Numbered from the stretch's first letter, positions 38,251-47,992 are shown. The stretch is DNA of 64,000 nt from Nitrospinota bacterium (GCA_046581755.1 JAYGFR010000103.1:32001-96000), one strand, 5' to 3'. Numbers and translations are program-made. Notes: generated by a model not told the origin, from the sequence alone.

Positions 38251-38916
38251 ATGACCCCCAAGCCACCTCCCCTCCGGCGCGTCCAGCACATCGGCATCAA
38301 GGTCCACGATCTGGACGAGGCCGAGGCCTTCTACCGGGACGTCTTGGGCTAGCGCGTGTCCGACCGCTACGAGCCCGGCGACAATCCGCACAGCCTCTGG
38401 GGCATCTGCTTCATGCGGAGCGCGGAGCTTCATCACGAACTCTCCCTCCTCCACTACGTCCCCGAGTCGGGGCCGTTCGAGAAAATCGATGCCCTGCGCA
38501 CCCCCGGCGTCGGCCTCCACCACATCGCCTTCGATGCCGGGTCCAAGGAAGCCTTCGAGGCCTGGGAGGAATACATCCGCTTCCTCGGAATCGAGATCTT
38601 CCACGGTCCCCGGGTCCACAGCCCGACCCATCCCGAGGGGGACGGGACCCTGGGCGAGAACCGGGCGTTCTACTTTCACGACCCTTCCGGGAACGGCATC
38701 GAAATTTTCACCGATCTGGCCCCGATGGACGAGGACACGAACCGCGTCAACGAGGCCTGGTTCCGCGACCGCCTCGAACGGGACGGCTACGAACGCGGCT
38801 CCGCCGATCCGCCGCCCGCCGCCCGCCTGGAAACCCGGCGTATCGAGCATGGCGGGCGCGCACGAAAAATTCGGGAACAAAAAATCCTGGTAAATTTCAT
38901 GGAGACTTTCGAATGA
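38251..38916 (+). pseudogene. VOC-family protein (glyoxalase/extradiol dioxygenase-like) with in-frame TAG at 38350-38352
   Basis: AGGAG RBS then MTPKPPPLRRVQHIGIKVHDLDEAEAFYRDVLG*RVSDR...HHELSL...GLHHIAF...HGP...YFHDPSGNGIEIF. Confidence 0.8.
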
Positions 38917-39869
38917 CCCACCGCATTGTGGCGGTCGATCCGAGGTGGAAAAACCCCGGCCGCCAGAAATTCCTGACCGACCATCTGCCGGATGGATACG
39001 AACTGATCATCCCCGAATCCTTCGAGCCTGAAGACCTCCGCCGGGAGCTGGAATCGACCGCCGCCCTCGTCACCGGCCTTGGCGATATCACCGAGGAGAT
39101 GATGCGCGCCGCGCCGAACCTCCGCGTGGTCGGCAAGGCGGGAACCGGGGTGGACTCCATCGATGTCGCCGCGGCGACGGCCATGAAGATTCCGGTGGCG
39201 CACACCCCAGGCTGGATGCGCGCGACGCCGGTGGCCGAGCACGCCCTCACCCTTATGCTCATGCTCGCTCGGAAACCCTGGCTCTGGCGAGGAAAGGAGC
39301 GTCCACCCCTGCACACGCAGCTATCGGAGTGCTCGGCCGGGATCGTGGGGCTGGGGAACATCGGCCAGCGCATCGCCGCCCGCTGCGCCGGGTTTGACAT
39401 GGAGGTGCTCGCCTATACGAGGACGAAAGGAAAGTTCCAGCCCGAGGGATTTTCGGTCGAGGAGACCGGCTCGCTCGAAGAACTCCTGGGCCGGGCAGAC
39501 TACGTCGTCCTCTCCCTCCCCCTCAACGAGGAGACGCGCGGAATCATCGGCGCGGGCGAACTGGGCCTGATGAAGCCCACGGCGTTCCTCATCAACGTCT
39601 CGCGGGGTAGCCACATCGTGACGGACGCCCTCGTCGCCGCTCTCCAAAACGGAGAGATCGCCGGCGCCGGCCTCGACGTGATCGAGCCCGATCCGCTTCC
39701 CGGGGACCATCCCATTCTCGAACTGGATAACGTTGCCATATCGCCCCATTGCGCCGCCCAGACCCAAAGCACACAGGATCAGAGCTACCGCCTCCTCGCC
39801 GAGAGCATCCGCCTCGCGGTCGAGGGCGAGCGCGTCGAAGCCCTCGTCAACCCGGAAATATACGGCTGA
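38913..39869 (+). CDS. D-isomer-specific 2-hydroxyacid dehydrogenase
   Basis: GTGVDSID, VAEHAL, GLGNIG, LINVSRG, GAGLDV, SPHCA. ATGA overlap with the upstream ORF. Confidence 0.92.
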   Translation: MTHRIVAVDPRWKNPGRQKFLTDHLPDGYELIIPESFEPEDLRRELESTAALVTGLGDITEEMMRAAPNLRVVGKAGTGVDSIDVAAATAMKIPVAHTPGWMRATPVAEHALTLMLMLARKPWLWRGKERPPLHTQLSECSAGIVGLGNIGQRIAARCAGFDMEVLAYTRTKGKFQPEGFSVEETGSLEELLGRADYVVLSLPLNEETRGIIGAGELGLMKPTAFLINVSRGSHIVTDALVAALQNGEIAGAGLDVIEPDPLPGDHPILELDNVAISPHCAAQTQSTQDQSYRLLAESIRLAVEGERVEALVNPEIYG

Positions 39870-39957
39870 CCGGCCGCCGCGCGGCGGAGGGCGTCATCTT
39901 CCTCGTCAATCCCCGGGCGGGGGGCGGGCCGCCCGACCGGACGCCCCCATTCGCCCG

Positions 39958-39966
39958 TGCTATAAT
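39958..39966 (+). promoter_or_regulatory. Extended -10 promoter element upstream of citrate synthase
   Basis: TGcTATAAT about 65 nt before the ATG. Confidence 0.55.
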
Positions 39967-40032
39967 TTTCCCACGGGAAAATTTGGCCACCCACCCGTGC
40001 CGCCGAGGCACACCCAAGGGAAGGATTTCCTG

Positions 40033-41166
40033 ATGCCGGATGATGTGATCCGCGGGCTTGAAGGCATCGTCGCCGTGGAGACCTCGATCTGCGACCTGGA
40101 CGGCGAGGGCGGGCGCCTGGCCTACCGGGGTTACGACGTGCCGGATATGGCCCGGCGGGGCGTGACCTACGAGGAGATCGTCTATCTCCTCCTGAACGGC
40201 GAGCTTCCGGACCACGCCGCCCTCAAGGCCTTCAGCGCCGAGCTCATCGCCGAGCGAAAGCTCCCCGGTGATTTGCTGCGCGTGATCAAGCTTATCCCGC
40301 CGGCGGCCCACCGCATGGCCGCCCTCCGGGGAGCGGTGGGGATGCTGGGCCTCTACGATCCCGAGGCCGAGGACACATCCCCAGAAGCGAACCGCCGCAA
40401 GGCTGTCCGCCTCATCGCCCGGATGCCGGTCGTCGCGGCGGCCATCCACCGGGCCGGCGAGGGAGAGAAACCCCTCTCTCCCCGCAAGGGGCTGGGCCAT
40501 GCCGCGAACTTTCTCCACATGGTCTTCGGCGAAAAACCCCATAAAGCGGACGTAAAGGCCCTCGACGCCAGCCTCGTCCTCTACGCCGAACACGAGATCA
40601 ACGCCTCGACCTTCACGGGGCGGGTCGTCGCCTCCACCCTCTCGGACATTTACTCGGCGGTCACGGCGGCGATCGGCTCCCTCAAGGGACCCCTCCACGG
40701 CGGGGCCGGACTCGCCGTCATGGAAACCCTCGAGGAAATTGGCGAGGCCGAAAACGCGGAACCCTTCCTCGAGAAGGCGCTGGCCGAAAAGCGCCTCCTC
40801 ATGGGCTTTGGCCACCGCGTCTACTACCGGAGCGGCGATCCGCGCGCCGCCGTTCTGATGGGCATCGCCGAGGAGACCTGCCGCCGCCGGGGGGCGGACA
40901 AATGGTTCGACATCGCGCGCGCCCTCGACCAGGGCGTGCAGAGCCGCAAGGGGATCATCCCGAACGTCGATTTCTATTCGGCTCCGCTCTGGCGCGGCCT
41001 CGGGCTGCCCACCGGCCTGTTTGTGCCCATCATCGCGATCTCCCGCGTGGCGGGATGGTGCGCCAACATCCTCGAACAACAGGGCGATAACCGCCTCATC
41101 CGGCCCCGCGCCCGCTACACGGGCGCACCGAAGCGGGCCTATAAATCCCTCCGGGGAAGGCGCTAG
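40033..41166 (+). CDS. Citrate/2-methylcitrate synthase (type I, dimeric)
   Basis: GLEGI, LAYRGY, AEHEINASTF, LKGPLHGGA, MGFGHRVY, PNVDFYS, NRLIRP. Confidence 0.93.
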   Translation: MPDDVIRGLEGIVAVETSICDLDGEGGRLAYRGYDVPDMARRGVTYEEIVYLLLNGELPDHAALKAFSAELIAERKLPGDLLRVIKLIPPAAHRMAALRGAVGMLGLYDPEAEDTSPEANRRKAVRLIARMPVVAAAIHRAGEGEKPLSPRKGLGHAANFLHMVFGEKPHKADVKALDASLVLYAEHEINASTFTGRVVASTLSDIYSAVTAAIGSLKGPLHGGAGLAVMETLEEIGEAENAEPFLEKALAEKRLLMGFGHRVYYRSGDPRAAVLMGIAEETCRRRGADKWFDIARALDQGVQSRKGIIPNVDFYSAPLWRGLGLPTGLFVPIIAISRVAGWCANILEQQGDNRLIRPRARYTGAPKRAYKSLRGRR

Positions 41167-41170
41167 GGCG

Positions 41171-43096
41171 ATGGCCAAAAGTCTCGCGCAACTGCTCATC
41201 GACGAGCACCTGGTCTCGGGCGATGGCGGCCGCGTCGGGGCCGAGATTGAGATTCGCGCGGATCAGGTGCTTTTGCAGGACGCCTCGGGCCCGATGGCCC
41301 TGCTCCAGTTCGAGGCGATGGGGATGACGCGCGTCGCCCAGAAGACAGCCGTCATGTACGCTGACCACCAGACCCTTCAGATGGACTATCTCCACACCGA
41401 GGGGCACCGTTTTCTGCTCGGTTTTTGCCAGAAATACGGCATCCACTTCTCCAAACCCGGCAACGGAATCTGCCACAACGTTCATCTGGAAACCTATGCC
41501 GTCCCGGGCGAGAGCCTGGCCGGCACCGACAGCCACACCCCCCAGGCCGGCGCGGCCGGAATGCTCGCCATCGGCGCGGGGGGGATCGACGTGGCCGTCG
41601 CCATGGGCGGGGGCACCCTCATTCTCCCCCGCCCAGAAATCATCGAGGTCCACCTGAGTGGAAAGCTCGGCCCCTGGCGCTCGGCGAAGGACGTCATCCT
41701 CGAACTTCTGCGGCGCCTCACGGGCCAGGGCGGGGTGGGCAAACTCTTCGAGTACACCGGCCCCGGGGTGGAGACGCTGAGCGTGCCCGAGCGCTCGACC
41801 ATCGCCAACATGGGGACCGAGCTGGGCCTGACCAGCTCTCTTTTTCCGAGCGACGAGCGGACGTGGGAGTTTTTCGGGCGGATGAACCGGCCCGGCGACT
41901 GGCGGGCGCTCTCGGCGGACCGGGACGCCGCCTACGACGGCCGGATCGAACTCGACCTCTCCCGCATCGAGCCGCTCATCGCCCTGCCCTCGAACCCGGA
42001 CAAGGTGGTCCCGGTGAGCGAGGTGGCCGGAACCCCGATCGAGCAGGTCATCGCCGGAAGCTGCACGAACGGGTCCTACACCGACATCGCCTCCTTCGCC
42101 CAAATCATGCGGGGGCGCAAGGTGGCCCCCGGGGTGGATGCCATCGTTTTTCCGGGAAGCCGCCAGGCGTTCGAGGAGTTGGCCCGCGAGGGGCACATCG
42201 CCGACCTGCTCGCCGCCGGGGTCCTCGTGTCGGAGGCCACCTGCGGCTCCTGCCCCGGCTACGGCCACATCCCCGCGCCGGGGACGAAATCCCTCCGCAC
42301 CTTCAGCCGGAATTTCAAGGGCCGCTCCGGCCTCACGGAGGACGCCGTTTATATATGTGGCACCGAGACGGCCGCCCTCTCCGCCATCCATGGGGTCATC
42401 ACCGCCCCCCCCGGCGACTTGAAACCGCCCGAGGTTCTTCTCCCCCACCGGTTCGCCGCGGACGGGGCGGGAATCGTGCCGCCCTCGGCCGAGCCCGAGC
42501 GGATCGAACTCCTCCAGAGCCCCAACATCGTGCCCATCCCGGCGGGAGAGCCCTTCGGGGATGCCTACGAGGGAGAGATCCTCATCAAGCTGGGCGATTC
42601 GGTCTCGACCGACACCATCATCCCCGCTGGCGTCGAGGCAATCACCTACCGAACGAACGCGCCCGCCCTTTCGGAGTTCCTCTTCCGGAGGATCGACCCG
42701 GAGTTCGCCGGCCGCGCGCGCGCGGCGGGCGGGGGGATCATCCTGGGGGGCGACCTCTACGGCCAGGGCTCGGCCCGGGAGCAGGCCGCGCTTTGCCCCA
42801 TGTGCCTGGGCGTGCGGGCCGTGGTGGCGAAGTCCTTCGCCCGGATCCACCGCGCGAACCTGATCAACTGGGGCATCCTCCCGCTCGAACTCGCCGACCC
42901 CGGCGAATGGGACCGCCTCGAGCAGGGCCACCGCCTCCGCCTCTCCGGCATCCCGGAGGGGCTTTCCCAAAACCGCCTGGCGGTGGAGAATCGGACCATC
43001 GGATCGCGCTTCGAGGTGACGTGCGCGCTCACCGCGCGCGAGCGGAGCATCCTTCTCGCAGGAGGGGTCCTCGCCCATACCAAAGCCAGGGCTTGA
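41171..43096 (+). CDS. Aconitase-family hydratase (compact, about 640 aa)
   Basis: QDASG, DHQ, PGNGICH, GTDSHTP, GSCTNG, CGSCPG ([4Fe-4S] Cys), RNFKGR, STDTI, YGQGSAREQA, KSFARIH. Confidence 0.92.
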   Translation: MAKSLAQLLIDEHLVSGDGGRVGAEIEIRADQVLLQDASGPMALLQFEAMGMTRVAQKTAVMYADHQTLQMDYLHTEGHRFLLGFCQKYGIHFSKPGNGICHNVHLETYAVPGESLAGTDSHTPQAGAAGMLAIGAGGIDVAVAMGGGTLILPRPEIIEVHLSGKLGPWRSAKDVILELLRRLTGQGGVGKLFEYTGPGVETLSVPERSTIANMGTELGLTSSLFPSDERTWEFFGRMNRPGDWRALSADRDAAYDGRIELDLSRIEPLIALPSNPDKVVPVSEVAGTPIEQVIAGSCTNGSYTDIASFAQIMRGRKVAPGVDAIVFPGSRQAFEELAREGHIADLLAAGVLVSEATCGSCPGYGHIPAPGTKSLRTFSRNFKGRSGLTEDAVYICGTETAALSAIHGVITAPPGDLKPPEVLLPHRFAADGAGIVPPSAEPERIELLQSPNIVPIPAGEPFGDAYEGEILIKLGDSVSTDTIIPAGVEAITYRTNAPALSEFLFRRIDPEFAGRARAAGGGIILGGDLYGQGSAREQAALCPMCLGVRAVVAKSFARIHRANLINWGILPLELADPGEWDRLEQGHRLRLSGIPEGLSQNRLAVENRTIGSRFEVTCALTARERSILLAGGVLAHTKARA

Positions 43097-43103
43097 AACC
43101 GAA

Positions 43104-44282
43104 ATGAGCCAGCGAAAAATTTCAGCCGTTTTCTACCGGGGCGGCACCAGCCGCGCCATCTTTTTCAACGCCAAGGACATCACCGAGGACCCGGAGACGC
43201 GGACCGCGATATTCCTCCGCGCCATGGGAAGTCCGGACCCCAACGGCCGCCAGCTCGACGGCCTCGGCGGCGGCATCTCCTCCCTCAGCAAGGCCGCCGT
43301 CATCGGCCCCTCCACCCGCCCGGACGCCGACGTGGATTTCACCTTCGCCCAGGTGAGCGTGGATACCCCCTTCGTGGATTACGGGGGCAACTGCGGAAAC
43401 ATGTCGAGCGCGGTGGGGCTCTTCGCGGTCGAGGAAGGGCTCGTCCCCCCGCCGCCGGACGGGGAGGCCACCGTCCGCATCCACAACACGAACACCAACA
43501 AGATCGTCATCTCCAAATTCCGGGTCGAGGGCGGCATTCCCGCGGTCGAGGGGGACTACGCGCTTCCGGGCGTGGCCGGAACTGGCTCGCGCATCACGCT
43601 CGAATTCACCGATCCCGGAGGCGCCTCGACGGGAAAGCTTCTCCCCACCGGGAGGCGGGTCGATGAATTCGATATCGAGGGAATCGGAAGGATCGAGGCC
43701 AGCCTCGTCGATGCGGCCACCCCCGCCGTTTTCGTCCGGGCCAAGGACATCGGCCTTTTGGGGACCGAATCCCCCGGGGCCATCGACGCCCAGCGGACGA
43801 TTATGGTGAATCTGGAGCAGATCCGGGCCGAGGCCACTGTCCGGATGGGTATATCGCCCGACACCCGGGCGGCTTCGGAGTCCTCCCCCCTGGTTCCGAA
43901 AATGGCCATAGTCTCGCCCCCGGCGGAATACTTCGACCTCACGGGGGCGCCCGTTCCCGCCGACTCGTTCGACATCCTGAGCCGGATGCTCTCGATGGGA
44001 AAAACCCACCGCGCCTATCCGCTGACGGGGGCGATGTGCCTCGCCGTGGCCGCCCGCATACCGGGCACAATTGCGCACGAGGCCGCGCGTCCCGGCGGAG
44101 GGGACCTTCGTCTCGGGCACTCGTCCGGGGTCCAACCCATCGGGGCCGTCGTGACCCAGGACCCGGAAGGGCCCCGGGCCGAGAAGGTCATCGTCTACCG
44201 CACCGCCCGCCGCCTGATGGAAGGCTCGGTCCTCATTCCCGCCAGCGTATTTGAGGCTGAGGCGCAAACCGCCCCGGCCTAG
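43104..44282 (+). CDS. prpF: PrpF-family (methyl)aconitate cis-trans isomerase
   Basis: RGGTSRA, GSPDPNGRQLDGLGGG.SSLSK, GNCGNM, SMGKTHRA, GHSSG, RTARRLMEG. Confidence 0.92.
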   Translation: MSQRKISAVFYRGGTSRAIFFNAKDITEDPETRTAIFLRAMGSPDPNGRQLDGLGGGISSLSKAAVIGPSTRPDADVDFTFAQVSVDTPFVDYGGNCGNMSSAVGLFAVEEGLVPPPPDGEATVRIHNTNTNKIVISKFRVEGGIPAVEGDYALPGVAGTGSRITLEFTDPGGASTGKLLPTGRRVDEFDIEGIGRIEASLVDAATPAVFVRAKDIGLLGTESPGAIDAQRTIMVNLEQIRAEATVRMGISPDTRAASESSPLVPKMAIVSPPAEYFDLTGAPVPADSFDILSRMLSMGKTHRAYPLTGAMCLAVAARIPGTIAHEAARPGGGDLRLGHSSGVQPIGAVVTQDPEGPRAEKVIVYRTARRLMEGSVLIPASVFEAEAQTAPA

Positions 44283-44352
44283 ATTGGCTTCCAGGCGCGC
44301 GCCTCGGGCGGAGCGCCCCGGGCGGCCTCCGCCGGCGAAAGAGACCCAAAAA

Positions 44353-45201
44353 GTGGGCAACCAGCCCTCGATCCAGGAAATTCAGGGATTCTACGATGTG
44401 GTGTCCCCCCTCTACCGGGATCTGTGGGCCGGCCACATCCACCATGGCTACTACCCCTCCGGCCGCGAAACAAAAGAAGAGGCCACCGAGGGCCTCATCC
44501 AATTTCTCGCCGACGCCTCCTCCCTGAAACCCGGCGCCAAGGTTCTCGACGTCGGATGCGGAATCGGCGGAACGTCGATCTGGCTGAGCCAAAATTTCGG
44601 CTGCAAGGTGACCGGAATCACCATCAGCCCGGCGCAAAGGAAAATGGCGGAAGAGGCGGCCTCCAGCCTCGACCGGAAACCCGAATTTCTGCTCATGGAC
44701 GCCAACCGCATGACCCTGACCGGAACCTTCGACGCGGTTTGGACCGTCGAGGTGCTCGCCCACCTGGGCGATCACCTGAGTTTTTTCCGAAAGTGCCACG
44801 CGCTTTTGAACCCCGGCGGAAGGATTTGCATCGCCGCCTGGCTCAAGGCGGACAATCTGACAGCGCGGGAGGAGGCGGAGATTATCCGGCCCATCGAGGA
44901 GGGAATGTTCTGCGCGCTATCGACCTCCGAAAAATACCTGAAGCTCCTCGATGAATCCCGTTTCAAGCTGGTGCGCTTCGAGGACATCAGCCCCCGGGTG
45001 AAGCAAACATGGGATATCGGCCTGAAAATTATAAGGGATAAGGCCGTGTGGGCGTTCGCCGCCCGCCACGGGATGGAATTCCTGAGACACCTCCGGGGAT
45101 TTCGAAGGATGAAGCGGGGTTTCGAGGAAAAAAAATTCGTCTACGGGATTCTGATCGCCGAAAAAATCCAGCCGCCGCTCGATCTAATTTCCTCTGATTG
45201 A
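44353..45201 (+). CDS. SAM-dependent methyltransferase (tocopherol/sterol methyltransferase-like)
   Basis: LWAGHIHHGYY, VLDVGCGIGG, GITISPAQ, LNPGGRI. Confidence 0.85.
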   Translation: MGNQPSIQEIQGFYDVVSPLYRDLWAGHIHHGYYPSGRETKEEATEGLIQFLADASSLKPGAKVLDVGCGIGGTSIWLSQNFGCKVTGITISPAQRKMAEEAASSLDRKPEFLLMDANRMTLTGTFDAVWTVEVLAHLGDHLSFFRKCHALLNPGGRICIAAWLKADNLTAREEAEIIRPIEEGMFCALSTSEKYLKLLDESRFKLVRFEDISPRVKQTWDIGLKIIRDKAVWAFAARHGMEFLRHLRGFRRMKRGFEEKKFVYGILIAEKIQPPLDLISSD

Positions 45202-45331
45202 AAACCCTGTTCATGGCGCCCGGGCGGCCCGGCGCCCGACCGTCACCAGCCAAACGCCCGCTATCGTCAGCGCCCCTCCCGCGAGGAGGCCCCCGCTAAA
45301 TGGCGCGCCCTTCGGTGAATGGTTTTTCCGC

Positions 45332-45743
45332 TCAACTGGGCCCGCCGCCGATACGCACCCGCTCGCACAACTCGATGCGCACGTTGCCCGGCCCGCGGAT
45401 AAATGCGATCGCCCGGCCCCCGATGCCGGTCCGCTGGGGGGGCGTCCAGGACCTCCGCCCCGCGCGAGGCCAGCCAGGCCACGGCGGCATCCACGTCCTC
45501 GACGGCGAAGCCCACATGGTCCAGCCCCTCGACGAGCCGGGGGGCGCGCGCATCGGGCGCATCTCCCTCGCGCATCCCCCTGATCCGCAGTGTCCCGCCG
45601 CCGAGCCGGAAAATCGCGTAGGCCGCCCCTTTATGGTCGTCGATGTACTCCACGGCCTCCATCCCGAATACGCACTCGAAATACCCGGTCAGCGCGCGGA
45701 CGTCGCTAACCAAAAAATGGACGTGATCGAAGCCGAACTCCAT
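45332..45743 (-). pseudogene. VOC-family protein, frameshifted at a G7 run (45436-45442)
   Basis: MEFGFDHVHF...GLDHVGFAVEDVD in one frame and IAFIRGPGNVRIELCE in another. Removing one base fuses them. Confidence 0.8.
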
Positions 45744-45978
45744 CGCGGTTTCTCCACAAAAATAAACGCGGCACAAAAACGGAAGCGGCGCCATGAATGT
45801 ATTTTGGACCGGCACCCCCGGCGGCGGCGTGGACGCCCCGGGCCGGCCCCCGGGCGAAATCTCCAGGACAATTTTCATTTCGGTCCGGCCATAGTACGCT
45901 GAAAATCATCATCATCAAAACCAGTTCGTTTATCGTTGGAAATTCGTCTCTTTTTGACCCGCAATGAAAGGAACCGGC

Positions 45979-46893
45979 ATGGCAAATGCCAAAATCATCG
46001 GCACCGAACACTGGACGCATCACGGAGGCGCCGATCTGTTCATCTGGAGGAAGCGGCGCGCCCATCTGAGAAAACCTGCCGGCTCGGTCATTCTCGTGCA
46101 CGGCTCTTCGATGGCCTCCACCCCTTCCTTCGATCTCCAGGTGCCGGGGCGTCCTGGCCACTCCCTGATGGATTATCTCGCCGAGCGCGGTTACGACGTT
46201 TGGTGCATGGACCACGAGGGCTATGGACGCTCCACTAAAAACAGGAAAGTTCACGCCGGGATCAAGCGGGGGGCCGAAGACCTCCTCGCCACGGCGAAAT
46301 ATATCCGAAAAGAAAGCGGCGCCAAAATATTCCTCATGTACGGAATCTCCTCCGGCGCGCTCCGGGCCGCCCTTTTCGCGCAAAAATATTCTCAATTCGT
46401 TCAGCGGGTCGTGCTCGACGCCTTCGTTTGGACAGGAAAGGGCAGCCCGACCCTGAAGGATCGGGCCAAGCGCTTCGCGAATTCCAAGGGCACCGACCGC
46501 CGGCCCATTCACTCAAAATTCATCCGCACCATCTTCAGCCGCGACAAGCACGCCAAGGCGGCCTCCCCGGACGTGGTCAATGCCTTCGCCGAGGCCTGCT
46601 GCGAGCTCGACGACTCGGTCCCGAACGGGACCTACATCGACATGACCCGGCGCCTCCCCCAGGTGAATCCCCGCAAGCTCAAGGTGCCCGTCCTCATTAC
46701 CCGGGGGGAGTGGGACGGCATCGCCTCCTACGAGGACCTGATGGAGTTCTTTCACCTGCTGCCCAATCCGGACAAGCAGTTCGCCGTCATGCCCGGCATC
46801 TCGCACGCCAGCCTTCAGATGAAGAATTTCGAGATCGTCTTCCATCTGATCGAGCGCTTTTTCAGCCAGCCCGCCCCGATTTTCAAGGGCTAG
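45979..46893 (+). CDS. Alpha/beta hydrolase
   Basis: LVHGSS, GYDVWCMDHEGYGRS, GISSG, RGEWDGIA, GISHA. The start could be 45964. Confidence 0.87.
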   Translation: MANAKIIGTEHWTHHGGADLFIWRKRRAHLRKPAGSVILVHGSSMASTPSFDLQVPGRPGHSLMDYLAERGYDVWCMDHEGYGRSTKNRKVHAGIKRGAEDLLATAKYIRKESGAKIFLMYGISSGALRAALFAQKYSQFVQRVVLDAFVWTGKGSPTLKDRAKRFANSKGTDRRPIHSKFIRTIFSRDKHAKAASPDVVNAFAEACCELDDSVPNGTYIDMTRRLPQVNPRKLKVPVLITRGEWDGIASYEDLMEFFHLLPNPDKQFAVMPGISHASLQMKNFEIVFHLIERFFSQPAPIFKG

Positions 46894-46937
46894 CCAATTT
46901 TCAAGGGCTAGCCAATTGGCCAGGGCTAGCCAATTGG
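46879..46937. repeat. 18-bp tandem repeat spanning the hydrolase stop codon
   Basis: ATTTTCAAGGGCTAGCCA x2, ATTGGCCAGGGCTAGCCA, ATTGG. Confidence 0.85.
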
Positions 46938-47093
46938 TTGATTTGGCGACCCCGTGAGGATAGATTAAGGGCAAGCTCATCAGGGCAATATCCGACATGA
47001 AATCGCCACTCCCGAGGGGCGGCGGGCCGGGTCCGGCTCCCCCACCGGGGCCGCGCCCGATTACGGTATTTTTTTATTAGTGAAGGAGACTCC

Positions 47094-47915
47094 ATGGACA
47101 CCCAGGATTGGTACACCGTCAACGAGTTCGCGCCCGGAAGCTATCAGATCACCGAGGGGGGACGCTTCAACTTCCTCCTGCTGCTCGGCGAGGAGAAGGC
47201 CCTCGCCATCGACGGCGGAATCGGCATCGGCGACCTGCGGAAACTCTACGAAAGCATCACCGACCTTCCCATCGACTTTATTCTCACCCATACGCACTGG
47301 GACCACGTCGGCTCGGCGCACCAGTGGGACAAGGTGGGCGTGCATCCGGCCGGGAAGGATTTGCTGGCGCCGGATCTCAGCAAACAGACCCAGGGTTTTG
47401 TGAAAATGTGGACGGGAAACGGAAACTCGTTCCCGGACTGGTTCGACGCGGAAAATTACACGATCCCGCCCGCCACCTTCGGCTGGACGCTCCAGGAGGG
47501 CGACACCTTCGACCTGGGCGGGCGGAAATTCCGGGTCTTCGACACCCCGGGCCACTCGCCGTGCAGCATTTCGCTCTACGATGAGCGGGAAAAAATCCTG
47601 GTCTCGGGCGATCTCATCCGTTGCGAGGAGTACCTCTTCCTCCAGGTGCCAACGGCGGTGCTCTCCGACTATCCGCCCTCGCTTCGAAAGATGGAAAAGC
47701 TCGCCTCCGAGGTCGAGGTCAAATGGATCACCTCGGGGCACACCCCGCCCTACGGCGACCCCTCCATCATCGGCGAACTCGCCCAGCAGATGGAAGAGTT
47801 CGAGGCCGGCAAGCACGACCCGCCCAAAAAGGTGGACGGCGGGATGTGGGGAGAAGTGGACGAGTACGAATTCCCCCGCGTCAAGGTCTGGATTCAGGAT
47901 CACGCGCGCAAATAG
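47094..47915 (+). CDS. MBL-fold metallohydrolase, copy 1
   Basis: THTHWDHVG, TPGHSPCS, SGD, SGH. Confidence 0.92.
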   Translation: MDTQDWYTVNEFAPGSYQITEGGRFNFLLLLGEEKALAIDGGIGIGDLRKLYESITDLPIDFILTHTHWDHVGSAHQWDKVGVHPAGKDLLAPDLSKQTQGFVKMWTGNGNSFPDWFDAENYTIPPATFGWTLQEGDTFDLGGRKFRVFDTPGHSPCSISLYDEREKILVSGDLIRCEEYLFLQVPTAVLSDYPPSLRKMEKLASEVEVKWITSGHTPPYGDPSIIGELAQQMEEFEAGKHDPPKKVDGGMWGEVDEYEFPRVKVWIQDHARK

Positions 47916-47992
47916 ACGGCTACGGGCCCATGGGAGGCCGTGCATATTCCTGGCCGCCCGATTTCATGGCCGCCCGCTTTCCTGGAGAAGCG

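Noticed and set aside
38350..38352. Pyrrolysine insertion at the in-frame TAG
   Set aside because: The position is a hydrophobic structural residue, many genes here use TAG as a stop, no pyl genes are in the window, and a second probable lesion exists.
46879..46937. Mini-CRISPR array
   Set aside because: The repeats are directly adjacent with no spacers, too short, and there are no cas genes.
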